Below the pieces are notes generated by a model. It was not told the DNA's origin, ran no database searches, and saw only the letters and a program-made list of their open reading frames with translations. A program made the position numbers and the translations under genes. From Eremomyces bilateralis CBS 781.70 (Eukaryota): a stretch of 64,000 bases of DNA. How positions within the stretch are numbered: position 1 is the stretch's first letter; every line of letters begins with the position of its first letter. Of this stretch, positions 1 through 13,073 are shown one piece after another. The stretch is taken from assembly GCA_010015585.1 (NCBI GenBank), contig ML975155.1. One strand, given 5' to 3'.

Positions 1-3000
1 CAGGGCGTCGAAGCTGGCTCGCATTAGAGATCGCATCGGTTGACTTGGCGTCTCCGTCTGGGATGGCTTCGGGAATATTGGTGCCACATCTCCGTGAGAG
101 GTAAGGCCCTTGATGCCAGAGTTCGGCTTCGACTTCGGCGGTGATAAGCGCTCTTTATCGCCTAAACCGTTCTTTGGAAGGGCACCAGTCTTCTTCTCCG
201 GCGTCAGTGGGAAACGACGGAGGAAAAATGCATCGTCTTGCTTGAGTTGAACTCCATTATCGGGCGGAGGTTTCGAGATGGCATCTGTAAGAGAACGATC
301 CACTCGTTGTCGCTTGTGTCGAGGCGCATTATGTTCTAGGTCATCAGGCTCTCCGGTCTCCGTTGGGACATTGACTGCCTTGGGACTGATCCTTGTGCGA
401 TCAGGCCGATAGAAAGAGGTATCGATATCGAGTGGACCTGCGGATCGAGTTCGGCGTGCGCTGGATTCTTCCCCTCGACGTACTATCTCCTCGCTGTGGG
501 CGCTGCCCCAATTCCTGACCTTGCCATTTGTTGCAAGTTGGCGAGTCGGGATATCCTGTGACTCAGATCTCGAGGATGGCAGTTTGGCGCTCGATCTATG
601 AACCGGCTCCGCCGACAGATAGCCCGTTTCGGTTGACGGTATCACAACTTCGCTGCCTTCATCTGCGAGTTCTTTCTTTTCTGAAACGCCCTGCTCCTTA
701 GCAAGCTGAAATCCCTTGGAAGCCAACCAGTGAAGTGTAGGCTTGCTGTGAGCCACAGTACTGATAAAGGTGTTGGGACGCTTTTGCATTGGATGGGCAG
801 TGTGCTGATCCAAATGCTGTCGTTTGGCAGAGGGTTTATCAAAGACGTTGTCGTCCGGATTGCGCTTTCGTGACAAAACTTGGACAACCACCTCTGCCTG
901 TCTTTTGAAGGTCTGACCATTCGACCCTTCATCGTTGGCAGCACCATCCGAACTTGGAAATGAGTTCTCAACACGGCTAACATCTGCTTCGTCGGACTGG
1001 ATGTTCCCGTGTACAGGCTGTGGGTGCGGACAACCATGCGTTGTATCATTCTTCTTCAAGTCTGTGCATGGTACTTGGACATGATTTGTGTCGGACAACT
1101 TTGGAACCTCGCTGGTGCCGTCATGCTGTGGAGTTTGCAACTGTCGCTCTTTCTGCCTTGTTGCCAACGTCTTGCCTTTTATGAAAGTCTCTGAAGGTCC
1201 ATTCCTGCTGTCTGCGCGTAGAGTCCTGGTATCCTCGTCGAGTTCCAGGGCACCACCGTCTAAGTTGGACCCATTGTCAGTGGGCGTAACCTTGGCATGG
1301 GTGCTGGCCATGAGATCAGCCGGTCGGCCGAGACCGAGAATGCTGGAGGAGAGACTCGTTTCCTCGACTTCGAGTTCTCGGCGCCAGCTTTCAGCAGCTT
1401 CCCAGGCTAGCTGCGACGCGGGAGATTCAAGATTAGTCGATGCGGGTCCAGGGGTATCGACATGGCTGGATTGTTTGGTAATAAGGGAAGGGTCGGATTC
1501 AGTCATCGATATCTCCGCAGTAGCACCCGATGCAAATGAGCATAAGACTGTTGACCCCTCAGCCTGGCATTCCACTACCTCTTGAGTGCCCGTTTCCTTG
1601 GCTTGTTCCATCCCCACTAGCGACACAGGGCGGGTGTTGCCCATGGTTTCTTTAGCTGCTTCTGCGGTCGGGTTGGGTTGCTCCAGACTATCGTGATGGT
1701 GGGTCATATGGGCAAGACCGAGAGCCAACTTCGAGACCTCACAGCCGTCACTTGTATCGGTAGTTTCTGTTGCCTTGCGATCCGTGGAATGGGCTTCAGG
1801 CTCTTGCGCCTCCTCTTCCAGATTGTTCCCATCCGTTTCTGCAGGGATAACTTCCATGATCCTCTCAAGTTCGGGATCCTCAACCTCTGGAGGGGAGGAT
1901 GGTATATCCTCATCAAAGTCCGGATCTTCATGCGATTGATGCCTCATTGCTTCTCTCCTCTTCATTGCAGAACCAGGTGTTGGAGATGAACTCAGATAAT
2001 GCTCCATAGATCTTGAATGTCTTGACTGCAAAACTGGAGGCGTAGTGAGCCGTGTTTGCCGACTATAATGCAGAAATTGATTACTGCTCTGCTTCGATTC
2101 CGGCTCCGTAGCGGGCTTCCGAACACTGGACGGCTCCAGTTCTGAACGAAGGTCCGAGAACATTGCCTTGTCCTGCGCTTGACGGTCTCGCACTTCTTTC
2201 TGTCTCTCGGTGAGTAGCTGTGACTCCATAACAAATGGTGTATCTGCAGGGTTCTCCGATGGCTCAATCGAGGTAAACATGACTTGAGAATCATCGTGGC
2301 GAGTAGGGAACCGAAGCTCTGGATCTCTCCGTACGGATGAAAGCTGTGTCGTATGGTCCACAGGGAAATTGGTCCGCCGCGAGGGAGAGAGTGGGACTGA
2401 TTGAGTGCTACGTAGCAGTGGAGATTTGGGCCAAGCGACTGGCATCGTCGCATTCTCCTTTTCATCTTCTTCGGTAAAGAAGTATGATTGAGTATGAATA
2501 GGCTATAAAGGGTCAGCAAACAGTGCATTGAGAAATTAGAGTGCGATACTAACAGTTTGAGATGTCGAATCTTCCAGGCCGGGAAGCTGGAGGTCGGCAA
2601 TAGAGCGAAGCTTTTCGAGGATATCTCGGAGAGAAGATGGGTAGTTCAAGCTGGTCTCCGCTCCAAAGCACGCATTACATTCACGGATAGACACATTCAG
2701 TACGGAGCGGTATCGTGACTGTAAACTAGCCTTGAAGAAGGGCTCGAAGGCTGCCAAAAGCAGGCTCTTGCCACTATCAATGGTTGCGATGCAGCGCCAC
2801 ATCATCTCATTAAGCTCTCGAACCTAATGTATGTGAGCACTGAAATGAGCAGAACTGAAGTATAAGAGACATACCGATGCAATCAAACTTGATCTGAGCC
2901 CTGAGCCTTGCTGAACTGGTGTTGAGTAATTCATCCATATGCAAACTGCGGGTTGCAAGGTCTTCAAGCTACCACTGCGGTATGCCATGGGAATGCGCTG

Positions 3001-5919
3001 CAGAAAACCATTCAAGGAACATATGAAGCGTATCGGGAGGTCTTTGTTCCACTTCGACCCATGTGTTGATTCCCGTAGCATTGATTGCGACAGGCCATCA
3101 ATCAAAAGGAAGAAGTAATTGTAAGGACAATTTTCAGCCGGCTTGCGGCCACGAGATGCCTTCTTCCCTTTCCAACTTCCGGGGCCGGATTTTGCAGGAG
3201 CAAGTACCGTGGGTGGAACCTCTGCTTCTAGCATTGAGATGCAGAATTCGCGGTGACTTTCGACAGAGATCTCTGACTTGTGCTCCTCCAAGATGGCCTT
3301 AGCTAGCGGCTCAGTGAGAAGGCGAACGACTTCTGCATGTCCTGCAGATTTCTTGATTGCCTTGACGCAAGTATCATGGAGATTCCCGATGGCAGAAGTA
3401 GAAGGCCAGTGCACCAGCGTGGACTCGCGCAAGGAGGACTTGAAGATTTGAAGCAATGGGGGGAACAGCTGTTGAAGTTTGGTCGGCGAATTTAGGGTAG
3501 ACATCTTTGTGTCCAGGATAGCAGTGACCTCGCTCAGAAAAAAATCTCTTAGGGTCTTTCCGGACTCAGATCTCATTGATGGTGACCGAGTCAACAAAAC
3601 GCCATGAGCCTCGCTCAGCAGGTCAAGTTTGGATCGGCTGTTCGGGAGACCGGGAAGAGCACATTGAACCATTAGTTGGACCGTCTCCAGATAGTTCTGG
3701 GAGGTGTTGTCGTGGAGCATTTCGCTGTGAGTCGAGGTTGCCAGCTCAACAATCTCAAAGAGCCCACAGGTGTATGTGTTCTGGGCCTGCAGAGATCCAT
3801 CCCAGGGTGTCAGAAACTTCTCGACAAATATCACGGGGTTGAGTTTCTGGGCCATGTCCGTTATGATATCTTTGAAGCAGGAGCTAAACAATTTGGACTT
3901 GCAGGAGCTATGATTCTTCCAGAACCGGAAGAGGAAATTGAAGATGTGGGAATAGGCCGTTTTCGCTTCTCGAGTCATATTGATTTCCTTGGAACCGGCG
4001 TCGGAAATCGCTGTCAGGAGGGCCAACCAGACGTCTCTCGGAGAGCAGACGTTGTCAATGTCCGGGCCCTGTCCCAGATTCCACGAATCTGGACTGAGGA
4101 TCCTTTCGAGAACTTGAAGGATCCCTCCGGTATTGGTCCGTATCCATTGGGGCTCGAGAGGAGAGAGCTCCTGTGGCTTGCAACTCATGGAATTGGTGCC
4201 CAAGTCCATAATGGCCCGCCCTTCCACCCAGGACTTGTGTGGGAACCCGCCAAGCAGGGCCATCAAAGTACGACTGATTTGTATAATCGAAGTTCTTGAA
4301 CCGTGAGGCATGGCGAAAATGACCTTCTCCACATACCGCATCCAGTAAATGTCCAGCTGTTCGTGAGAAGCTGTCGGCTTGAGAGCGTAGTAAAGCAAGT
4401 TGCAATAACTGTAGAGAGCGGAACTTCGTAGACGTCGGTTGCTATCATCCTCCTTCTCTGATAGCCTTCGCTTGAGCGGTGTTAGCAGCAGGTCTCGAAG
4501 CTGGTCACTGGTGTCCAAGTCCGGTTGTGACGTGTATATCAGGCAGTTCCACGCCATATATGCCCGCACTTTGGTTCGAATATCGGAGCAGTTCAAGCAG
4601 TTTTGGATTAGGCGTAGCCATGTCTTCATGCAAGGCCATTTGATCCGAGCGGAGGGAGAGCCAGATCGTAGCATCAAGACCACTGAAGCCCATATCTGAG
4701 GGACGTCCTGGCTCTGGTGTTTATCTTTCAGCAACACGTCAAGCCGTTGGACCAGGAACTCGCAGTAGGTTTGACCATTGCTCGGCTTTCTCTCCAGCAC
4801 TTCTTTGACTCCCTTGGTGATCTCGGGTCGGTCACCAAGTGCCCTCCCCGTTGCAACTGCAAGTTCAATTGCTCGGGCGCGGATCTCGTTGTGTGTACTA
4901 AGAAAGCCATGGAACATGTACGGAAGAAACTTCGGGATATGGGAGCTGATCAAGTCAGGGACCTGTTTTAGGAGACGGTGCAGAACCAGTAACCGAGTTC
5001 CTAGTATCCCATTGCTCCGGTAGCTATCGATAGCTTTAAGGCCAGAGAGAAGGCGATGCATTCGGTCGTGGTTCATCATTTGCGGTTGTATCTGGAGATG
5101 TACTAAGAGCTGAAGTCGCGCGATAATCCGCTGCTTGGTGACTTGGGGTTTGTGAAACGCGGCGATAATTTCCTCGAGCAATGCCTGTCCAAAGGCAACG
5201 TCAACGCTATCTGCGACTTGTGGTATTCTCAGCAATGCAGCGAGAAGCTTGATCGCATTGAGCTCTAGCCTGTTCAAAGCTGCCGAAGGGTTGCTTGATG
5301 GTTGCATGTCTTGTAGGATGGCTTTGGTAAAGAGGGGAAGTTTTTCGACCAAGGAGGAGGCGTCGGGGACATTGTCGAATGCCTGGAGAGAAGCGAGCAA
5401 AGTCGTATAGGCGTCGTTTCGATTGTCCATGTCTTCGGTGGTCAACTGCTTTGAGATAGAGTCCAGCATACCTCCGAAGGTTTGATTGTTGTGTTGCGGA
5501 ATTGGAGACGATAGCGAGTCCACGGTAGGGGCTGGTCCTTGAGCCTTGAGGATCGATTTGAGTAGTCTTCTCTCTCGTGAAGGAGGTAGTTGCTTTAATG
5601 GTGTGGAAACCGTTCCATCTGTGGTATAGACTGGGGCTTGGTGGTAATTCTTCCATCCCGAGAAAGCGACCTTTTTCTTGCTCTCACTACCGGAACCAGC
5701 TGCAGAAGGAGTATGAGCCTGTGGGGAAGAAGCGGGTGGGGTATCTTGGGCCGACTCGTTCGCAGGAATCTTCACCGAAGACTTGACTGCATTGTCAATG
5801 TCCAAGCCCGAACTAAGGAATTGTAGAGTCTCCTCAATGATCTCGTCATTCTCGCTCGGGGGAGTTGGCTCACGAGAGGAGAGCCTCCGAAACGGATCCG
5901 AGGAGAGGACTTGAACCAT
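1..5919 (-). CDS. RIF1: Telomere length/replication timing regulator Rif1 (3' end outside window); introns 2824-2874 and 2503-2553
   Basis: 1031-aa first exon with N-terminal PP1-docking motifs KKVAF and KSILK, then a helical Rif1_N-like region (WLRLIQNCLN..AYMAWNCLIY). GTATGT..TAG and GTTAGT..TAG introns join it to a low-complexity exon running toward position 1. Confidence 0.9.
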
Positions 5920-6096
5920 TTTTCCGGTCTCATGAAGTCAAACTAAACATAAAAACGCCCGCCATCCGTGGAAAGAGAACCGAAATGCTAACGATGAATC
6001 AGGATTGAAATTGTAATTGAAAGTCCTCCACAGGGCACAGTCCTCATATGAAGATATGAGGTTGGACGTTGGAGTTCCACTTTCCGAAGCTTGAGC

Positions 6097-6202
6097 ACGC
6101 GTCGTTGGTTCGCGTCGCGCGTCAGTTCAGGTTCAGGTTGGCGTCTAAGGCCACAAGGCGCCAAAGTTTCGACACGCTCTGCTCAACTTCTAGCGACGCG
6201 AA
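6097..6202. promoter_or_regulatory. Cluster of MCB-like (ACGCGT/CGCG) elements upstream of RIF1
   Basis: ACGCGT at 6097-6102, TTCGCGTCGCGCGTCA at ~6109-6124 and GACGCGAA at ~6196, all 180-280 bp upstream of the RIF1 ATG. Confidence 0.55.
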
Positions 6203-6327
6203 GTTTGGGCTTCAGTTTCAGATTTCCACTCCATCGATGCGCAATCGCCCATGCTGAAACGGCAAATTCAAGAACTCAACTGGACGTCGGTTGCATACAG
6301 ATTACAGTATGTATATCTTTATGAACA

Positions 6328-8124
6328 TTAGAAGTTGAAGTCTTCATAAACAACGTTCTTTCCTTGAAGCCATTCCAACAGAACCGCCCTCAGTGGAACA
6401 CTGGTGCAGAGATACCAAACGCTCGAATCAATGCCCTCAAAGTCTGCTTTCTCAAACCGTCTCGTCATGATTTTCCCATTCCCATGTTGCAATAACTCCC
6501 AAGAATCCTTAATCGCAGATTCGTTCAGCCTGCTCCCAGTTATGTAGAGAGACATTTGCACATCGGGATAATGTCTCAGAAGCGCTGCAGCGAGCCCAAC
6601 ATCTTCGGCTCGCAATGTCCAGAACAGCCTCAATCGGCTTCGATCAATAGAATCGAGTTGTCCAAGTAAGGGGGTAATTCCAACACCTCCTGCTATAAAA
6701 GGGATATCCGATCCTTCAGAGCCGTCTTTGATGGAGAGTTCTCCTCCGAAACCTCGAATCGGTACCTCCAACATGGCCCTGGGATTCTTTTGCGAGAGGA
6801 AGGTTGTGACTCTACCAACAGCGCGAACCGTGATCTCGAAAGTTCCAGCTTGGTTGCTCCCAGATAATGTTGGAGATGATGAAACGGTAAAGGTCCGGAT
6901 GAAATCGTCATTCAAGCTCGAAGGATCGTCGTCTCGCATGTGAGAATAGCCCAGGTCGAGTTCCGGCGCGAAATCCAAGGCAACCCATTGTCCCGGGCTA
7001 AAGTTTATCGGCTTATCAGTCGAGAACCGATACCGAGTAATCGTCGGAGTGATTTTCTCTTTCTCAACCAGAGTCGCTCGGGTTTCCGGCCTGCCGAAAT
7101 TTGCTGCGAGTGTTCCCTCTGCTGCTAGCAGCCGTACCGACGGATTGTACGGAGAGTACTCTCCCGGCTTGCCTCTAAACGGTAAACCCTGTTCCACTAG
7201 TCTGGCGGCGATGATCTTGACTTTTACGGCTAAGTTCGATCGTGGAAGGACGTCCGCGGCAGCTTTGCCGATGAGGATTTCTGTCTTCCCGGTCACATAC
7301 AGCACGTCTCCCGACACGAAGTCAGGGAACACCAGGCCTGCGACTGGCGTGATTTGGAGATTTCCGAGAGTCTGATAAAGTCTGTTGCCACTGTACTCTG
7401 GATACACGATCTCGGCGCCATCTTCTCCATTATACAAGACTCGTACAAAGCCGGGAGGTCCTCCCCTGTGGTTGGTATCCATATCCAAGTCTTTGTTTGC
7501 ACTGGTAATGAACAACATGTCTGATCGTTCCAGAAGGCGTAAAGCGTCCTCGGTGAGCTGAGGACTCTCACTGAGAAGTCTTGGTTTGCTCAGTGCTGGC
7601 CGAATGACTTTTCGGTTGAGGTACTTCGGACAGTTCCCTATACTTTGCTCGATCCGCACAACCATCTGGATTTGGCCAATATTATGGTATTCAAGGTCAC
7701 CAGATCGGTCCAAGGCACCTGCCGCAAGTCGACCATATAGTTTCACTCGCCTTCGTTGGTCGAGATCTATCGCCAGTCCTCCGATCATCCGTCCGCTTCC
7801 TACTTCTTGAACCACTTTGCCGTCCGCTTTTCCGGAATTCAGAGCCTCAACCACGGGATCGTACCTGGCGTCGACCAGTGTTCGTATGCCAATCATGGAT
7901 GAACCTAGGGACGTCCCAAAACCGGGCTCCCCTCCCCATATCGTGGTCCAGGGCCTGCCTTGATCATCTAGAGTCCCAACCGCCAGCAGCGGGCATATTT
8001 GGAGCAAGTGTGTCGCTCGAGGTGTTAACATCGTTGAGGTGGGATTGTCATTTTCTGGGACACGCATCAACTCATGCATTCGTTCCTCGCCGGCATTCCA
8101 GGGCATGGCTATAGAGAAGGCCAT
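6328..8124 (-). CDS. Oxidoreductase: pyridoxamine 5'-phosphate oxidase-like domains fused to an FNR-type FAD/NAD-binding domain
   Basis: Intronless 598-aa ORF with GNCPKY, DTNHRGGPPGFV and YSGNRLYQTLGNL (PNPOx-like), plus RTFTVSS, FIAGGVGITP and C-terminal YEDFNF (FNR family). Confidence 0.85.
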   Translation of the reverse strand: MAFSIAMPWNAGEERMHELMRVPENDNPTSTMLTPRATHLLQICPLLAVGTLDDQGRPWTTIWGGEPGFGTSLGSSMIGIRTLVDARYDPVVEALNSGKADGKVVQEVGSGRMIGGLAIDLDQRRRVKLYGRLAAGALDRSGDLEYHNIGQIQMVVRIEQSIGNCPKYLNRKVIRPALSKPRLLSESPQLTEDALRLLERSDMLFITSANKDLDMDTNHRGGPPGFVRVLYNGEDGAEIVYPEYSGNRLYQTLGNLQITPVAGLVFPDFVSGDVLYVTGKTEILIGKAAADVLPRSNLAVKVKIIAARLVEQGLPFRGKPGEYSPYNPSVRLLAAEGTLAANFGRPETRATLVEKEKITPTITRYRFSTDKPINFSPGQWVALDFAPELDLGYSHMRDDDPSSLNDDFIRTFTVSSSPTLSGSNQAGTFEITVRAVGRVTTFLSQKNPRAMLEVPIRGFGGELSIKDGSEGSDIPFIAGGVGITPLLGQLDSIDRSRLRLFWTLRAEDVGLAAALLRHYPDVQMSLYITGSRLNESAIKDSWELLQHGNGKIMTRRFEKADFEGIDSSVWYLCTSVPLRAVLLEWLQGKNVVYEDFNF

Positions 8125-9147
8125 ATTGGATACGATATTGTGGTAAAACTGTTGCAGACAAACTTCTCCGTATCAACTTATGAAATGAGACTGCGACTTT
8201 TATATTCAACCTAGGTTCTCTATCAAACATATCCATGACACTAAATCGCAGGGCGCATTTGGCTGCTGGATTCCCAAATATGATTAGCTACTGAATCGCG
8301 CAATCATTTGTCAGCACCTTCCAGATAGCTAGTAAGCATCCTGATTAATCATTACAACAATTTCGTACATAAATCCCATTGTCGTAGGAGGCTCGTCGGC
8401 CTTGAGGTGAGCTGCTATATCTTCATCGGATCAACCAAATTCTTATTAATATTCCATAGAGCATTTGGCATATGCGAGCGGAGACAATTGTTCGACCATG
8501 ATTCGTCTCCTCCCGTCCAGGACCCACAGGCGACAAGCCGACAACACCCTGTCTATTGATCCGATGTGCCAGGGACAGGTACGTACCGTTCCGGAGTCCG
8601 GACAGGGGTATGAGCGAAAGGTCTTGGGCGTTTCGGCTGCTCCAGCTTCCAGGCCTTCGGCAGGATTCGGCAATCTTGAGCACCTCTGCGTCTATTGATC
8701 ATGTGGACGGGAGGTGTACAGGACTGCAGGTTGCGTAGTTCCTGGAATCTGGTTCCATGACACCGAGGGCTGCCTTTCCCATTCGGATTTCAGCGTGTTT
8801 CGTTGGCCAGAATAAGTACTCTTAGCAGAACTCGAAAATGCCGATTTTTAGAGCCTCGGGCCAGAAGGAATGGCCTGGGAGTATCTCTCACAAAACACAG
8901 TCTTAGGTTCATCGGATGCATGTTTGAGCCGGTATCCGACCCCACTTGAACCATCGATGGGGATTGTGGAGGAAACACGAGGGTCGAAAGACTAATTACG
9001 AGCACAGGAGCTTAAGATCTAAACATGTAAAGATCCGAGGGTCTGTCTTAAGTCTTAACATAGAGCCCAAATTTAACTTCTACATTTCCCTACTCGACTC
9101 TAAGTGCACTATCTCAGACTCCATTCGTTTCAGTATAGCAATTCAAG

Positions 9148-10664
9148 ATGCGATCCAACCCATACGGAAGCCAACTGCCCTGGGCTGAGCCCCCCTGGTA
9201 AGCTAGAAGAGCTAAACCGCGACACTTGTGACGGACGCGAGGAGCTCACAATTCACGACAATAGGTATCAAGGCCGCCCTTCGCCATACTACAAGCCAAC
9301 CCATATCCAACTGCGGGATGCTGTCCGAAAATGGTGCGAAGACGTAAGGCCATCGAAACACCTCCTCGCACCCACAGCATCTAATCGAAGCACAGAATGT
9401 CATGGATCAATCCGATCAATGGGAGGAGGACGGAAAGATCCCGGATGAGATCTATCGCAAGTGCGGCGAAGATGGCCTTTTGATGCCCATTGCCGCGGGC
9501 AAGAAGATCCCCAAGGAGTGGGCCCACTACCCCATCATCGGCGGCATCAAGCCCGAAGATTGGGACGGTTTCCACGACTTCATCCTCTGGGACGAGCTCC
9601 TCCGCGGCGGCGCCATCTCCAGCATCTTCATCGGCCTGACCGTCGGCGCACCCCCGCTCCGCCAGTTCGCCTCCAAAGAATTGCAATCGGAGTTCATGCC
9701 CGCGGTGCTGAAGGGCGAAAAGCGCATCTGCCTCGCCATCACCGAGCCGTCGGCCGGATCTGATGTCCGCAACATCTCGACCACCGCCGAGAAGACCGCG
9801 GATGGAAAGCACTACATCGTCAACGGCGAGAAGAAGTGGATCACCAACGGCATGTACAGCGATTACTTCATGACCGCCGTGCGGACGGGTGGTCCCGGTG
9901 CCGAGGGCATTTCCATGCTGCTCATCCCCCGCATGGAGGGCATCCGCACCCGCCCCGTCTCCATCGGTGCCGGCAAACTCAGCGCGACCACCTTCGTGAC
10001 ATTCGAAGATGTCAAGGTCCCGGCTCGCTACCTGGTTGGCGAGGAAGGCAAGGGCTTCCGATATACGCTGTCGAACTTCAACCACGAGCGTCTGTGGATC
10101 GTCTTCCAGGGTCTCCGAGGCTCAAGGACGTGCATCGAGGATGCCATGGCCTGGGCGATGAAGCGTGAGGCGTTCGGCATGACGTTGATCGAGCAACCCG
10201 TGGTGCGGCACAAGTTCGGCCAAATGGCGAGGCAAATCGACTCCTTACAGTCGTGGACGGAGCAGGTTATTTACGAGCTTGATCAGCTGAGCGATGCGGA
10301 AGGATCCCGATTACTTGGTGGTGTTACGGCGCTGTTGAAGGTACAGGGTGGTATCGTCGGAAAGTTTGTGGCCGACGAGTGCGTGAAGCTTATGGGAGGG
10401 TGAGTCAAGCCAATCCTTGATGATATCTTCGCATACTAACTCCTATGTTAGTCTCGGCTTGACCACGACTGGACAGGGCGCACGAATTGAGGCTACTTAT
10501 CGTAGTATCCCTTCACTCATCGTCCCAGGTATGTACAAGATACGTTCACCGGTAATTCATGGGCTAATATCTTTGCAGGTGGATCAGAGGACGTGATGAT
10601 TGACCTTGGTGTGCGTGAGGCGCTCAAGCTGAGCCAGAAGGCAATTGGGAAGGCTAAGATATAA
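9148..10664 (+). CDS. Acyl-CoA dehydrogenase, multi-exon, C-terminal AKI (PTS1-like)
   Basis: Motifs CLAITEPSAGSDV, NGEKKWITNG, FNHERL, REAFG and GGSEDVM. Exon 1 reads MRSNPYGSQLPWAEPPW; four canonical introns. Confidence 0.92.
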
Positions 10665-10884
10665 ATCACGTACTTGGGTTCCAAGGTGTGAATTATTTTG
10701 GACAATAGGTAGCACCGGGGTTTGAATAATTCGTTAAATATGTACTCATATCCTGTTAAAAGTTGAAACCTTTCCGCGGCAGACAGTCCATTGCTCAGCC
10801 GGCCCGCTTCTGATGCGTGGTGTTTGACGATACGATTTCGTGCTTTGATCCAGGAGTTCGTTGCTATGATCGGAATTGGTACAT

Positions 10885-12453
10885 TCAAGCAGGTTCAGCA
10901 ACGCGCTTCGATAACTTGGGCCGCCGGACGGAAAATGCTGCCTTCAATCTCCTTAATTTCGAATCCCTCACACGATCCTGCTGCTCGATCTCTTCTCGAT
11001 TAGGCTTCGATGCCTCCTGTTCCCTATCCTCATCCTCGCTCACATGAGCTGCTGGCATACTGGCCGCCAGTGCTTCTTCTCTACGTTTCTCGGCATGCTG
11101 TCTTCTTCGTGCGTCTGTGAGAAGGAACTCCGCGCAAATCTCCCAACCATTTAAACCTTTGAATTTTCCAAGGGCGCACTGAGAGTCTGCATTGACCCAA
11201 GGACAATAGTCGCGATGCATTGTGGGGTCGAATTCGAGGGGCTCGTCAGTACTTGGCCTTGGGTTCTCAAGGGAAGAATCGTCCATGTATAGCCAGAAAC
11301 CTATCCGCGCAAAACAATGCGAGCAGGTTGCCATCGGAATGCGTTGAATGGCTGTGCCGGTCCAGCCAAAGAAAGCCAATATTGCAGCCGCTCGATTTAA
11401 CTGCAATTCAGACAGGAGCTCAGTACCGGCCACGCTTGATTTCCGAGGATTTAAGTTGTGCTCAGAGGATCCATTCAGAATTATAGGTTCGACATCACGG
11501 ACGATGGCCTCGATATCAAGGTCTTCCTCATTCTCCAAGCCGGGGGTATTTCGTTTGAATGTCGAATGGAAGTGTTGCGGAAGCTGTTTTGAGCCGGTAC
11601 AAGTGAAAGAATGGTAGCGTCCGCGCAATTCCGCCTGCAGCAGAGTGCTACCACTGATTCGCATTCTGTAGATATCCTCTGAAGCCGGTCAGCCTTGAAG
11701 AGAATGATTCGTGAAACATTTATTACCTCTACATCCAGCTTTGCGCCATAGGCAATGCTCATCATGACCGTTCACAGTCAGCTCGACGTATTTCTCGATC
11801 AGTTGTTCCACTAAGCCGCAGTTAGCCACGATATCAATCGCTAGGGCCAGTAATCACGAACGAATTTCGTCTTCATCAACCTCCTTTGAGTCTTCTTCCG
11901 CCTGCCCAGGATTGTACAGGTCCACAACTACCTTTGCAGCACATCCGCCCTTGCAAGCGACGGTGTTTCTCCCATCGCAGACCCAGCCTCGTTTTGCCCA
12001 TTGAACCTCATTGATCTTGTCGGGTTTCGGAAGCCACAGCTTGATATCGGCGAAGGTCTTCAAGCGGGAGAAGAATTGTATCTGAGACCATGGCGCATAG
12101 TTTGGAAGAATATCCGCGGCCGTTTCGAGCGACACTCTCGCATTCCTTTCCGCATCTTCCGCCTCCCTCCTCCTCTGAGCGCGCTCCTTCGCGAGCTCGC
12201 GCAGTGACTTTGCAGGTGACGGCGCCGTAGTTGCTATGGGCTCTGAATTAGGTCGAGCAACACCACTATCAGACTTCCGATCTGACTCGGCGGAGAGGCG
12301 CGACCGCTTGGTAGGAGGCTCTGGTTCGACCGAACTTGTTGGGCGAGATATATCGTTCCTCCTCTTCGTTCCGGAGATGGTAGTCTGGGAGCCCGAGAGA
12401 CCGTCCAAGAGCTTGTAGAACTTTCTTTTAGAGGTGTTCAATGCAGGTGGCAT
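10885..12453 (-). CDS. rsm1: C3HC zinc finger / Rsm1 (Pml39, NIPA/ZC3HC1) nuclear basket mRNA export factor, spliced
   Basis: YAPWSQIQFFSRLKTF..WAKRGWVC..C..C (zf-C3HC) and CSHCFARIGFW..HRDYCPWVN (Rsm1-like). Start taken at MPPALNTSKRKF. Confidence 0.85.
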
Positions 12454-12705
12454 CTTCCAAGCTGGATAGTCAGCATGTATGGAGTACGGAGTACGGTGTC
12501 GAGGATGAAGGACCCAGGGAAGTGAAACCCTTGTTGTCACTTTGGTTAACTAACTTAGTCACTTTGGTTAACAGTCCAATTCCACAGCAACTGACTGGCA
12601 GGATATGGGCCGACAATGAGCCGATGGTGGACCGACAGGCGACAATAGACCGCTCGTCGCCTTACCGCCTTACCACCCACGCTGACGCCTGCGTCTTACG
12701 CCTTA

Positions 12706-12720
12706 CACACACACACACAC
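12706..12720. repeat. Short (CA)n microsatellite in the rsm1/MET22 divergent intergenic region
   Basis: acacacacacacac run, preceded by several CCTTAC units. Confidence 0.7.
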
Positions 12721-13073
12721 TAGCTCGTACATCGGCTTGTCACTGGGAATCGTCGGGCGTCGGGTCACCACTCACCAGTCACCAACTCCTCCCACCCCCT
12801 CTGGCCAGGTCCCCAAGATCTCAAGGTTGCCTCTTACCGGTAAATTATGCAAATAGGTCCCATCCGCGGATTTGGTTCGGTCAAATACTACACGGTGTAA
12901 GGAAATGCAAGGCTGAATTTATGAGCTTCCACACCAGGTTCGCTTTCAGATTCTCCACAGTTATCATCGTCATTCTGGCGGCCACTTCTGCGCCATCAGT
13001 TTTCCATCGGTTGGCATCGATCAGTCGACAAGTCTTGCCCTCTACTGTCAAACATCCTTCACAGTCCTCTACA

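Noticed and set aside
8380..8800. Splice-like signals and short ORFs between the oxidoreductase and the acyl-CoA dehydrogenase
   Set aside because: No coherent reading frame or recognisable domain could be assembled.
9381..10085. 234-aa antisense ORF over the acyl-CoA dehydrogenase, and similar shadow ORFs over HBS1, the Tco89-like gene, the DHA1 gene and the carrier
   Set aside because: Typical antisense shadows of GC3-rich coding sequence, with no motifs of their own.
12441..12920. 160 extra codons at the start of the 567-aa MET22 ORF
   Set aside because: They run through the divergent promoter and CA repeat, overlap the rsm1 start and do not look protein-like; most likely a chance open frame.
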